The position numbers and the translations under genes were made by a program. Below are positions 1 to 8,169 of a stretch of 32,000 nucleotides of DNA, piece by piece. Below the pieces are notes generated by a model, which worked only from the letters and a program-made list of their open reading frames with translations, was not told the DNA's origin and did not search any database. The stretch comes from Candidatus Saccharimonadota bacterium. GTDB lineage: Bacteria; Patescibacteriota; Gracilibacteria; UBA4473. Where the stretch lies: the NCBI GenBank assembly GCA_030429505.1, contig JAUIFI010000001.1:960001-992000 (forward strand), written 5' to 3'. Numbering within the stretch: the first letter of the stretch is position 1; each line of letters opens with the position of its first letter.

Positions 1-2
1 TT

Positions 3-2963
3 GATATTGGGGCCATTGTCAAAGCTACGCTTAATCATTTCTTCGGAATCGGTTCTGCTCGAGGAGGGTCTACTATTACCCAGCAACTCGTCAAAAATAC
101 CTTTCTGTCTCGAGAAAGGACTGTCACTCGGAAGTTTAATGAACTTCTTCTCTCGATGAAAGTCGAGTGGTATTATACCAAAGACGAAATTTTAGAACTC
201 TATCTCAATAATATTCCCTATGGCAACAATGCTCATGGTGTCGAAGCCGCCGCCAAGACCTTTTTCGATAAATCAGCTCGGGATTTGACCTTGGCCGAAG
301 CAGCGGTTCTCGCAAGTCTTCCTGTAGCACCAACCAGATTTTCCCCTTATGGTTCCAATAAAGATTCACTCATGGGATTTTATGAATACGAAGAAGGGGA
401 AGAAGAAAAAGTTTACAAAAAAGGACGAAAAGATTTAGTTCTCGAACGAATGTTGGATCTGGACATGATTACAGAAGAAGAATTTAAACAAGCCTGGGCA
501 GAGTCAGGCACTCTTGAATTTAGACGTGCTCGCATTGATATCAAAGCGCCACATTTTGTCTTTTACGTTCGGGAAAAAATGGAAGAAAAATACGGGAAAG
601 AATTTATTAAAAGTGGTGGACTCAGGATCTACACAACTTTGGATCCAGAATTACAACAAATAGCCGAAGACACTATTGAGACTAAATCTGCCGGATATCT
701 GGAAACGTACGGGGCACAAAATGTCGCCATGACTGCCATTAATAACGACACCGGAGAAATTCTGGCGTATATCGGTGGGAAAGACTTTTTTGACCAAGAA
801 CGAGATGGACAAGTTGATGTTCTGACTTCTCGTCGCCAGCCAGGTTCCAGCTTCAAACCTTTTACGTACGCTGCAGCCTTTGAAAAAGGCTATAACCCAT
901 CCACGTTAGTTTTTGATGTTGAAACAGATTTTGGTGGTAATTACCAGCCGCAAAATTTTGACGGAAATTTTCTCGGTCCTGTTTCTTTACGAGAAGCACT
1001 TAATCGCAGTCTCAATATTCCGGCTATTAAAGTTGCTTATCTGGCTGATCCTATAAACGTCTTAAAGCTAGCCGAAAAGCTTGGTATTCTTTTCGAAGGT
1101 TCCGCCGAACGACATGGAGTAGCTGTGGGAGTGGGAGTAGCAGAAGTTGAACCCCTGTCTCACATCAATGCCTACCAAGCTTTTGCCGGAGATGGAACTT
1201 ATCACGAGATTACCGCCATCCTCGAAGTTCAGGATTCAGAAGGAAACGTACTAGAAACATTCGATCCGGATAAAACTAAGAGAGATGGGCTAGACCCAGA
1301 AATCGCCGGACTCGTTCGTCATATTCTCACTGATGAATCCACGAGACCCACAACAGATGATTTTGATTGGAATATTTTACTTCAACTCCCCGGACTCAAT
1401 AACGGTTCTAAAACAGGTACTTCAAACCGAACTGCCGAAAATCCCAACTTCAATGAAGAAGAACCTGAAGATGAAGAAAACAACCCTCGCTTTATCACAG
1501 TTCCAGGAGATTCATGGACCATCGGTTTTACCCCACATCTAGTTTCTGGTGTCTGGGTGGGTAACAATCGAGGAGAACCCATGAAATCAGGCGCTACAGG
1601 ACTTACTGTAGCCGCTCCTATCTGGAAAAATTTTATGGTTCGGGCCCATGAAGCACTCATAGAAAAAGGAGCAAAAAAAGACAAAGTCTACAATGAACCC
1701 AAACCACTTGAAGTGCGTAAAATAAACAAATTTTCCGGAAAAATTGCGACCGACAGAACCCCCAAGAACTTAGTGAAGGAAGAGGTCTTTGCCAGCTTCG
1801 CTGTCCCCACAGAACTCGATACCTCAGTTCAGACCATCAATATCGACAAAAAAACCGGACGCAGAGCCGAATCCTCTACGCCTTTCTATTCTCGCACACA
1901 GAAATTTGCCCTCACTGGACTTCAATCTATCAGACCCAACCTTCCCAATTGGCAAAAACCCGTAGAAGAATGGCTCCATGATCATCCTCGTTTTCTCACA
2001 TCTCTTGGAACTATTAGAGATAGTGAACAAAGCCAAGATCTCTTTCAAAGACGAGATGAACTGAGGTTTCGTTCTCAAAATCGGAGAACAAGTCTCTCCA
2101 CATCAAGAGTCCAATATCCTCCGGAAATACAAATATTATCACCTCAAAATGGAGGTAGGATAGCTCGAGGACCACTAGAAGTACGAATATCAGCCACATC
2201 CCGTTATGGAATCAGAGCCGTGGAATACTATTTTGACGATAAACTCATGGCTGACAGTACCCGCTTTCCTTGGACTGGACGTTGGCAAGTTCCGTCCGAC
2301 ACAGAGCTTGGAAGCGAACATACTATAAAAGTCGTGGTGATTGATCAGAGATCCCAAGCCACCGATGCTAGCATTGATATTGTTGTTGAGCAGGATACTA
2401 CAGGTCCAATCATTACTTTCCTTGGTCCTATTGGTGGACAAAATATTGTTATCGGCAGTACAGTTCACATCATAGCTGATGTCCAAGATCAATCTTCCGG
2501 AGTCAAAGTTGTTGAATTTTCTCTTGATGATAATAGTCTTGGATTTGCAGAAAATCATCCCTTTGAGGCAGTTTTTACAGCAAACGAAGACTTGGGGCGA
2601 CACATGATCAAAGCCAAAGCTTGGGATTATCACGGCAATGTATCGGAAAAATCAATTCCTGTTACTTTTGATAGAGAAAAAATTATTCATTCTAATAGAC
2701 CTGCCATCACCAAAGTTGCCAATTACAGAAGCTCTTTATCAGCTGACTTAATATTTCCAGATCCTGATCAGGTTGAGTGGGCTGAGCTTATAGTAGAAAA
2801 AAATGATGATATTCTCTTTTCCAAACGAATAAATCCGTCAGGAAAATTTGCTCAAATTCAAATCCCTAAGCAACTCATTGGCAAAGCGCAAGTTACCCTT
2901 ATTACTAAAATGAAAAGCCAAGACAAAGTACTCGAAACAATTCGCCAAACTATTGATTTCTAA
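3..2963 (+). CDS. Class A penicillin-binding protein (GT51 transglycosylase + transpeptidase), 5' end outside the window, with a C-terminal Ig-like repeat tail
   Basis: The frame is open from nt 3. Upstream of the track's first Met it reads ...GSARGGSTITQQLVKNTFLS (GT51 motif). Transpeptidase motifs are present: RRQPGSSFKPF (SxxK), NRSLNIP (SxN) and GSKTGTS (KTG). The C-terminal ~280 aa contain two related segments (RAVEYYFDDKLMA... / VKVVEFSLDDNSLG...). Confidence 0.9.
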   Translation, partial: DIGAIVKATLNHFFGIGSARGGSTITQQLVKNTFLSRERTVTRKFNELLLSMKVEWYYTKDEILELYLNNIPYGNNAHGVEAAAKTFFDKSARDLTLAEAAVLASLPVAPTRFSPYGSNKDSLMGFYEYEEGEEEKVYKKGRKDLVLERMLDLDMITEEEFKQAWAESGTLEFRRARIDIKAPHFVFYVREKMEEKYGKEFIKSGGLRIYTTLDPELQQIAEDTIETKSAGYLETYGAQNVAMTAINNDTGEILAYIGGKDFFDQERDGQVDVLTSRRQPGSSFKPFTYAAAFEKGYNPSTLVFDVETDFGGNYQPQNFDGNFLGPVSLREALNRSLNIPAIKVAYLADPINVLKLAEKLGILFEGSAERHGVAVGVGVAEVEPLSHINAYQAFAGDGTYHEITAILEVQDSEGNVLETFDPDKTKRDGLDPEIAGLVRHILTDESTRPTTDDFDWNILLQLPGLNNGSKTGTSNRTAENPNFNEEEPEDEENNPRFITVPGDSWTIGFTPHLVSGVWVGNNRGEPMKSGATGLTVAAPIWKNFMVRAHEALIEKGAKKDKVYNEPKPLEVRKINKFSGKIATDRTPKNLVKEEVFASFAVPTELDTSVQTINIDKKTGRRAESSTPFYSRTQKFALTGLQSIRPNLPNWQKPVEEWLHDHPRFLTSLGTIRDSEQSQDLFQRRDELRFRSQNRRTSLSTSRVQYPPEIQILSPQNGGRIARGPLEVRISATSRYGIRAVEYYFDDKLMADSTRFPWTGRWQVPSDTELGSEHTIKVVVIDQRSQATDASIDIVVEQDTTGPIITFLGPIGGQNIVIGSTVHIIADVQDQSSGVKVVEFSLDDNSLGFAENHPFEAVFTANEDLGRHMIKAKAWDYHGNVSEKSIPVTFDREKIIHSNRPAITKVANYRSSLSADLIFPDPDQVEWAELIVEKNDDILFSKRINPSGKFAQIQIPKQLIGKAQVTLITKMKSQDKVLETIRQTIDF

Positions 2964-3353
2964 ATGGCAGAAATTATTTTCTCAGTTTTGGGATTAATAT
3001 TTTTACTAGGTCTTGTCATTGTTCTACGATGGCGACCCAAGAAACTCTCAGAAAAAAATTTTCAGACCGCTGTCGAACATATCCAAGACACAGAATCTCT
3101 AGATCCAGCCCACAGTATTATGGAATCACACAAAATCTTTATCGCTGCCTTGAAAAACCTTCTTCTCGATAAAAATAGTAACGCTGCTCAGACAACAAAA
3201 AAATTCGCCAAACGCTTCCAAAACCAAGCGCAAGTCTGGAAATTCCACGGACTACGTAATCGCATCGCACACGAAACAGATATAAAAGTTACTGAAAACA
3301 TGGCAGGGGAAGCTCGAAAAACTTTTGTTCGGGCGCTAGAATCCCTTCGTTAG
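2964..3353 (+). CDS. Hypothetical single-pass membrane protein with an R-x4-H (HEPN-like) motif
   Basis: Its ATG directly abuts the PBP stop (TAAATG). It has an N-terminal hydrophobic helix (IIFSVLGLIFLLGLVIVL) and then a helical soluble part containing FHGLRNRIAHETD. Confidence 0.6.
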   Translation: MAEIIFSVLGLIFLLGLVIVLRWRPKKLSEKNFQTAVEHIQDTESLDPAHSIMESHKIFIAALKNLLLDKNSNAAQTTKKFAKRFQNQAQVWKFHGLRNRIAHETDIKVTENMAGEARKTFVRALESLR

Positions 3354-3378
3354 AAAAGCTGATTTTTGTTCTTCAGTA

Positions 3379-3398
3379 TTACGTAACATGTTACGTAA
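3379..3398. repeat. Perfect 20-bp palindrome TTACGTAACATGTTACGTAA (two copies of the self-complementary octamer TTACGTAA around CATG)
   Basis: Read directly: the sequence equals its own reverse complement. It lies 26 nt after the stop of the 2964..3353 gene and has no T-run after it. Confidence 0.6.
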
Positions 3399-3413
3399 CA
3401 AAATAAAAACACT

Positions 3414-3520
3414 GTCGTTCTGAGGACCCCGATCAGCGGAGGACGAAGAATCTCTTTTTAGGATAACTGAATTGCAGGAACGCATGAGATCCTTCTCCCG
3501 CTTTGCGGGATCAGGATGAC
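3414..3520 (+). ncRNA. Candidate structured small RNA, class unknown
   Basis: A GC-rich island in AT-rich intergenic DNA. A 10-bp closing helix pairs 3414-3423 (GUCGUUCUGA) with 3511-3520 (UCAGGAUGAC); its two G-U pairs exist only on the + strand. An inner helix pairs 3445-3454 with 3486-3495 (9 bp, one A-C mismatch). A CCCGC-UUU-GCGGG hairpin sits at 3497-3509. There is no credible ORF. Confidence 0.3.
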
Positions 3521-3535
3521 ACAAAATATAAGAAT

Positions 3536-3565
3536 AAAAAATCCGAAACATATATTGTTTCGGAT
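3536..3565 (-). terminator. Rho-independent terminator for the 3624..3812 minus-strand gene
   Basis: Perfect 10-bp stem ATCCGAAACA / TGTTTCGGAT (3541-3550 / 3556-3565) with loop TATAT. On the minus strand it is followed by a U-run (plus-strand AAAAA at 3536-3540). Confidence 0.65.
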
Positions 3566-3623
3566 TATGCTGAAGTTCGGGACACCTTTGAGAAAAATAT
3601 TAATTATTATGATTCATGGGCTT

Positions 3624-3812
3624 TTAATATGTTTTTTTCTTCAGTTGCCTATACAAACGAACTGAGAAAAAAATGGACACAATAAAAACAGAGAAACCAA
3701 AAATAAAATAAACCCAGTTATTACTATTATTGATTACTAGAATAATAATAAAAATCAAAGACAATACTGATGTTCCCATAGCTCCGTACATCCGAAACTC
3801 TTTCCATGTCAT
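3624..3812 (-). CDS. Small hydrophobic protein (62 aa, two predicted TM helices, basic C-terminus)
   Basis: ATG start with AAAGGAAC 5-12 nt upstream. There are two hydrophobic stretches (VLSLIFIIILVI, VYFIFGFSVFIVSIFF) and its own terminator downstream. Confidence 0.5.
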   Translation of the reverse strand: MTWKEFRMYGAMGTSVLSLIFIIILVINNSNNWVYFIFGFSVFIVSIFFSVRLYRQLKKKTY

Positions 3813-3839
3813 AATATGTTCCTTTGTTTTACGAAAAAT

Positions 3840-3854
3840 TTACACAATGTGTAA
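3840..3854. promoter_or_regulatory. Palindrome TTACACA-A-TGTGTAA in the upstream region of the 62-aa gene (candidate operator)
   Basis: 7-bp arms with a 1-nt centre, 28-42 nt upstream of the ATG at 3812. It shares TTAC...GTAA ends with the 3379-3398 palindrome. Confidence 0.35.
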
Positions 3855-3955
3855 CCGAATTACTTAAACAGCAAGCTTATTATAAAACGGAAATAAAAAC
3901 ATCAAAAAAAAATTCTTTAAAAATACTCAAACGATCCTAGAGAATATTGAAAATA

Positions 3956-4522
3956 TCATACTGGTGGAAATTCGTAATCAGATATAAATACTTTTTGAGG
4001 TGTTTGTTGCGATAACAATTCCAACAAAATATGTTCCTGATTCTCTAAAGAGATATTAAGTTGCCTTGAGAAAAAAGCTTGTTTTTCTGGTGGTAAAAAT
4101 CCGACAAAAATCTCTTTATTAGAAAATTTTTGAGCCGCTTCTTCTACTGTTACACGAATTAAATCGTTATTTTCTCGATAAAACACTCCATCAGAAAAAG
4201 AATTAAGTAAAAAATCATCCGAACCCACTAGAGCCGATACCCATTTATCAGCTCGAATCTGATACGTTGGAAGGTCTTTGGCTACAGCAATACTATTAAT
4301 TATACCAGCTCCGGCTCGCAAACTCGAAAATCCCCCCGGACCGGAAATTCCACCCACCAGAGACAAGGTGCGTTCGGCCATATTGTGCTTACTCAAAAAA
4401 TCAAAAATTTCTTTTCCATCTTGTTTTCGCTCAGTCCACGTATGACGCTCGACCAGAGTCTGACCTTCATCAAATAACACACAAAAATGAGGATCAAGCG
4501 CTGTATTGACGATAAATTTCAT
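3956..4522 (-). CDS. tsaB: tRNA threonylcarbamoyladenosine (t6A) biosynthesis protein TsaB-like
   Basis: Contains GGISGPGGFSSLRAGAGIINSIA, which matches the TsaB/YeaZ GPGSFTGLRIG motif. The 188-aa size is appropriate. Confidence 0.65.
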   Translation of the reverse strand: MKFIVNTALDPHFCVLFDEGQTLVERHTWTERKQDGKEIFDFLSKHNMAERTLSLVGGISGPGGFSSLRAGAGIINSIAVAKDLPTYQIRADKWVSALVGSDDFLLNSFSDGVFYRENNDLIRVTVEEAAQKFSNKEIFVGFLPPEKQAFFSRQLNISLENQEHILLELLSQQTPQKVFISDYEFPPV

Positions 4523-4536
4523 TGCCGAGAGTCTAC

Positions 4537-5286
4537 CTACTTTTGTTTTTTCTCAAAATACTGAACGAAAAACTGCTTCGAATCTTCTAGAATTTCGAGC
4601 ATCTTTTCTTCGTCTTCTTCGTGTAAGAATTTTGGAGATAGTTTAAGGATAAAATCTCCTTGAAAACGTCGTTGTGCGAGTTTTGTTAAGAAACTTTCCA
4701 AAGGCAGGATACCAGATGATAATCCAGAATAAGGAAGTCCTTTATGAACATTCGAAAGATAAACGGTCTTTAATGCCGTATCAAAAAATCCAATAGTTCG
4801 CATAATTTCTTCTTTACTCGACCAAAGAGCCGACAAATCCAAACACACACTACCTTGTTCTCTCAAATTATAAAGAGAATTTCCTGTTCGCTCAGGAATA
4901 ATACCGAGCATCATTCTGAGAGGAACGTTACGATAATTCAATTTTAAATCGTATTTCCGACAAAGTTTTGGTACGATTTGCTCTACCCATTTTTTGTATT
5001 TAAACGCAAATGACTGGGGTGGACTCAAGTTGATCGAAGTATTTGGAAATTCTTTGACTGTGTTTTGAAAAGCTTCAAATAAATGTTCTTCCTGCGTATC
5101 AGGCATAGAAAAAGATTTAATTTCAACGCCATATCGTTTTTCCAGTTCTTTGAGATACGTTGGATTTTGAGTATCGAGTACATTCGTAATCACAATCTCG
5201 ACACCATCAAAACCAGCCTTTTTCGCAATCGCAAAGAATCGGTCCAGACCATATCGAGGGAAAGATTGTGAGTGAAGAAGAAGCAT
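4537..5286 (-). CDS. Sugar phosphate isomerase/epimerase-like (xylose isomerase-like TIM barrel) protein
   Basis: The N-terminal FAIAKKAGFDGVEIV motif and the ~250-aa length are typical of the AP endonuclease 2 / xylose-isomerase-like TIM-barrel family. Motif-level only. Confidence 0.5.
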   Translation of the reverse strand: MLLLHSQSFPRYGLDRFFAIAKKAGFDGVEIVITNVLDTQNPTYLKELEKRYGVEIKSFSMPDTQEEHLFEAFQNTVKEFPNTSINLSPPQSFAFKYKKWVEQIVPKLCRKYDLKLNYRNVPLRMMLGIIPERTGNSLYNLREQGSVCLDLSALWSSKEEIMRTIGFFDTALKTVYLSNVHKGLPYSGLSSGILPLESFLTKLAQRRFQGDFILKLSPKFLHEEDEEKMLEILEDSKQFFVQYFEKKQK

Positions 5287-5384
5287 AAAAGTTTAGATAC
5301 ACAATGACATTATCTTTCCATTATACCAGAAAAAATGAAAGAGTTCAAGGCTTCCCATCCTATTTCAAAACTCACAAAAGTACT

Positions 5385-8078
5385 CTATTGTAGAGATAGT
5401 AATTTTTTCTTGGCTTCTTCTAATTCTTTTTGAGTTTGCTCTACTAAATGCTGAGGGGCTTTTTCCAAATATCCTTTGTTGTTGAGCCTAGATTCGAGGG
5501 ATTTTATCGTATTTTGAAGAAGTTGTTTTTCCTTTGTTTGTCTCTGGATTTCTGCTTCTTCATCAACAGGAATTTTTAGGAGGAGAGAAATACCTTCAAT
5601 CAAAAGTTTTACAGTATTTTTTTCTGAATGGAGTGTTTCAAGGAACTGAATTTCATTGAGTCCGGCAAGAAGTTTGAGAAGTGGGAGAGCTTCTTGTAAA
5701 ACGTCTGATTTTTTGTTTTTTTGAATATTGAGCAGCAATTTCTCTTTTGGATTTATTTTCTGATCACTTCTTATTTTTCGAATATCAGTAACGATAGTTT
5801 GTATGAGTCTGAAATTTTCTACCACTTGTGCATCTCGAAAATCAATGCTTGGAAAAGTTTGTCCGATAAGTAACTCCTCCCCTGCCAACTCTCCCCAAAG
5901 TTTTTCTGAAATAAAAGGACACAAAGGATGTGTCAGTTTCAAAATTTCCTGAAATATGTATTTCAAAAAACTAGGATTTGAGTCCACTTTAGAAGCTTCG
6001 ATATACCAATCACAAAATTCATCCCAGATAAAATGATAGATTTTATCGCCGGCAGAAGAGATCTCATATTTTTCTAAATGTTTCTTCACTTCCTGAGCTA
6101 CGTTAGAGAAACGAGATAGTATCCATTTATCCGCTATAGATTGAGGCGTGTCAGACGCTTTTACATCTTTGCCAGCTTGCATTTGTACAAACCGTCCTGC
6201 ATTCCACAGCTTATTTACAAAGTTCCGATATCCCGAAATCTTGTCTTTTCCCAGGGGAATAGGATTTCCAGGACTCGTTCCAATGACCAGAGATAAACGT
6301 ACCGCATCGGCCCCATATTCAGAAATCACATCCAGAGGATCGATCCCATTCCCTTTGGATTTCGACATTTTCTTGCCCTTGGCATCGGTCACCATGCCGT
6401 GCAGATATACATGATGAAACGGATACTTCCCAGTCGCATATCGACCAAACATAATCATCCGTGCCACCCAAAAAAAGATAATATCCCACCCTGTTTCCAG
6501 TACATCATTGGGATAAAATTTCTGTAAATCAGGACTGAACTCATCAGGCCAACCAAGGGTAGAAAAAGGCCATAAAGCTGATGAAAACCAGGTATCAAGT
6601 GTATCTTCATCCTGACGAATATTACTCGCATTTTTCTTCTTTAATTCCTCATCAGAACCTACAGCTACTATTTCTTCTCCCCTTACTTCTCCATACCAGA
6701 CTGGAATGCGGTGTCCCCACCAGATCTGACGAGAAATACACCAGTCACGCAGATTATCAATCCACTGAAAATACGTTTTTTCAAATCTTTTAGGGATAAT
6801 TTTGACATGACCATCCCGAACAGCCTCCTGCATTAACTTCTTTAAAGTAGTTTTTTTGCTTGTCCATTGATCAGTAAACTCTTTTTCCACGCTGATAAAC
6901 CACTGGGAAGAAACCATAGGTTCTACCACAGAGTTACTACGATAACAGAAAGGGACGCGATGCTGATAATTTTTATCAATCATCACAAGCAGTCCTTTTT
7001 CCTTCATTATTTTTGCAGATTCCTTTCGGGCCTCTTCGACCGTCATACCTTCGCACGGTCCTGCCAACTCCGTCATCCGACCATGAAAATCAATTTTTTG
7101 AACAAACAATTCTTGCAGATTCAATCGTGTTGCTAGCTCGTAGTCATCCTCAGAATGAGAAGCTGAAACCGTCATGGCTCCCGTCCCTTTCTCCATATCA
7201 ATCACATTATCCGCTACTACCCAGAATTTTCTCTTTCCTGCATAGGTTTCATATTCAAACGTTTCTCCTACTAGGTCATGTCCGGTTACCGTTTCTACTA
7301 CATCATAATCTTGCTTCAAAAAAGCAAACAGGGGGTTTTCTTCCCACGCATATTGAGACAAAATCAATTCTTCGTTTCCTGCTTTTGTCCTAATCTTTAC
7401 ATACTTCCCATGAGGATTGACGATAACTGGTGAATCAGAGCATTTTGTTTCGGACCGAACCGTTCCGATGATAAACCGTCCACATTTCAAATAATAAAAA
7501 GGCTCTTTCAGGTCTTCCCATTCCAATTCGTCATCAGCGAGTACAGATTGCGCACCTGTCGACCAATTGATCATTCGATGTCCTTTGGCAATCAAACCAT
7601 CATCGTATAATTTCCGGAACATCGTATTGACCGCATGACTTCGAGCATCATCAAATGTATATGCTTCTCGACTCCAATCCAACCACGCTCCCATTTTCTT
7701 CATTTGTCCCACAATCCGATCATGTTTTTCCGCTGCAAATTTTCGGCATTCTGTCAAAAACTCCTCTCGACTCACTTCGTTTCGATTCTTCAATCCCAAA
7801 TGCTTGATCACAACATTTTCTGTAGCAATAGCCGCATGGTCAGTTCCCGGTAGCCACAAGACTTCATGTCCGGTCATTTTTTTAAACCGAATCAAAATAT
7901 CTTCAATAGCCAGCATCGCCGCATGCCCTAGGTGCAAATGTCCCGTGACATTCGGAGGTGGAAGCATGATGGTAAAAGGCTTTTTATCAGAATTTCGATC
8001 AGCATACATAGCTCCTGATTGTTCCCAACTTTGATAGAGTTGATCTTCGGTGGATTGATGATCGTAATTTTTTTCCAT
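5385..8078 (-). CDS. valS: Valine--tRNA ligase
   Basis: Carries the class I signatures PPPNVTGHLHLGHA and KMSKSKGN plus a C-terminal coiled-coil tail. I place the start at the ATG at 8078 (MEKNYDHQ...) rather than the track's 8213, which would overlap the divergent gene. Confidence 0.95.
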   Translation of the reverse strand: MEKNYDHQSTEDQLYQSWEQSGAMYADRNSDKKPFTIMLPPPNVTGHLHLGHAAMLAIEDILIRFKKMTGHEVLWLPGTDHAAIATENVVIKHLGLKNRNEVSREEFLTECRKFAAEKHDRIVGQMKKMGAWLDWSREAYTFDDARSHAVNTMFRKLYDDGLIAKGHRMINWSTGAQSVLADDELEWEDLKEPFYYLKCGRFIIGTVRSETKCSDSPVIVNPHGKYVKIRTKAGNEELILSQYAWEENPLFAFLKQDYDVVETVTGHDLVGETFEYETYAGKRKFWVVADNVIDMEKGTGAMTVSASHSEDDYELATRLNLQELFVQKIDFHGRMTELAGPCEGMTVEEARKESAKIMKEKGLLVMIDKNYQHRVPFCYRSNSVVEPMVSSQWFISVEKEFTDQWTSKKTTLKKLMQEAVRDGHVKIIPKRFEKTYFQWIDNLRDWCISRQIWWGHRIPVWYGEVRGEEIVAVGSDEELKKKNASNIRQDEDTLDTWFSSALWPFSTLGWPDEFSPDLQKFYPNDVLETGWDIIFFWVARMIMFGRYATGKYPFHHVYLHGMVTDAKGKKMSKSKGNGIDPLDVISEYGADAVRLSLVIGTSPGNPIPLGKDKISGYRNFVNKLWNAGRFVQMQAGKDVKASDTPQSIADKWILSRFSNVAQEVKKHLEKYEISSAGDKIYHFIWDEFCDWYIEASKVDSNPSFLKYIFQEILKLTHPLCPFISEKLWGELAGEELLIGQTFPSIDFRDAQVVENFRLIQTIVTDIRKIRSDQKINPKEKLLLNIQKNKKSDVLQEALPLLKLLAGLNEIQFLETLHSEKNTVKLLIEGISLLLKIPVDEEAEIQRQTKEKQLLQNTIKSLESRLNNKGYLEKAPQHLVEQTQKELEEAKKKLLSLQ

Positions 8079-8169
8079 TTTTCGTACCTGAACTCTACTC
8101 GTTTTTCTCATCGAGCTCAAAAAATTTTGCCTTTTGGAGGGAGTTTTGAGACAATCTGAGAAAAGAAAT

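Noticed and set aside
3414-3520. Identification of the structured element as SRP (4.5S) RNA
   Set aside because: Its size and rod-like fold fit. However, I could not find the conserved helix-8 features (GNAR tetraloop closed by a G-C-rich stem, with flanking AGCA / GGAA-type loops). It stays unclassified.
3336-3551. 71-aa minus-strand ORF overlapping the GC-rich element
   Set aside because: It has no SD or start context, lies downstream of a minus-strand terminator, and its sequence is low-complexity and implausible. The region folds well as RNA instead.
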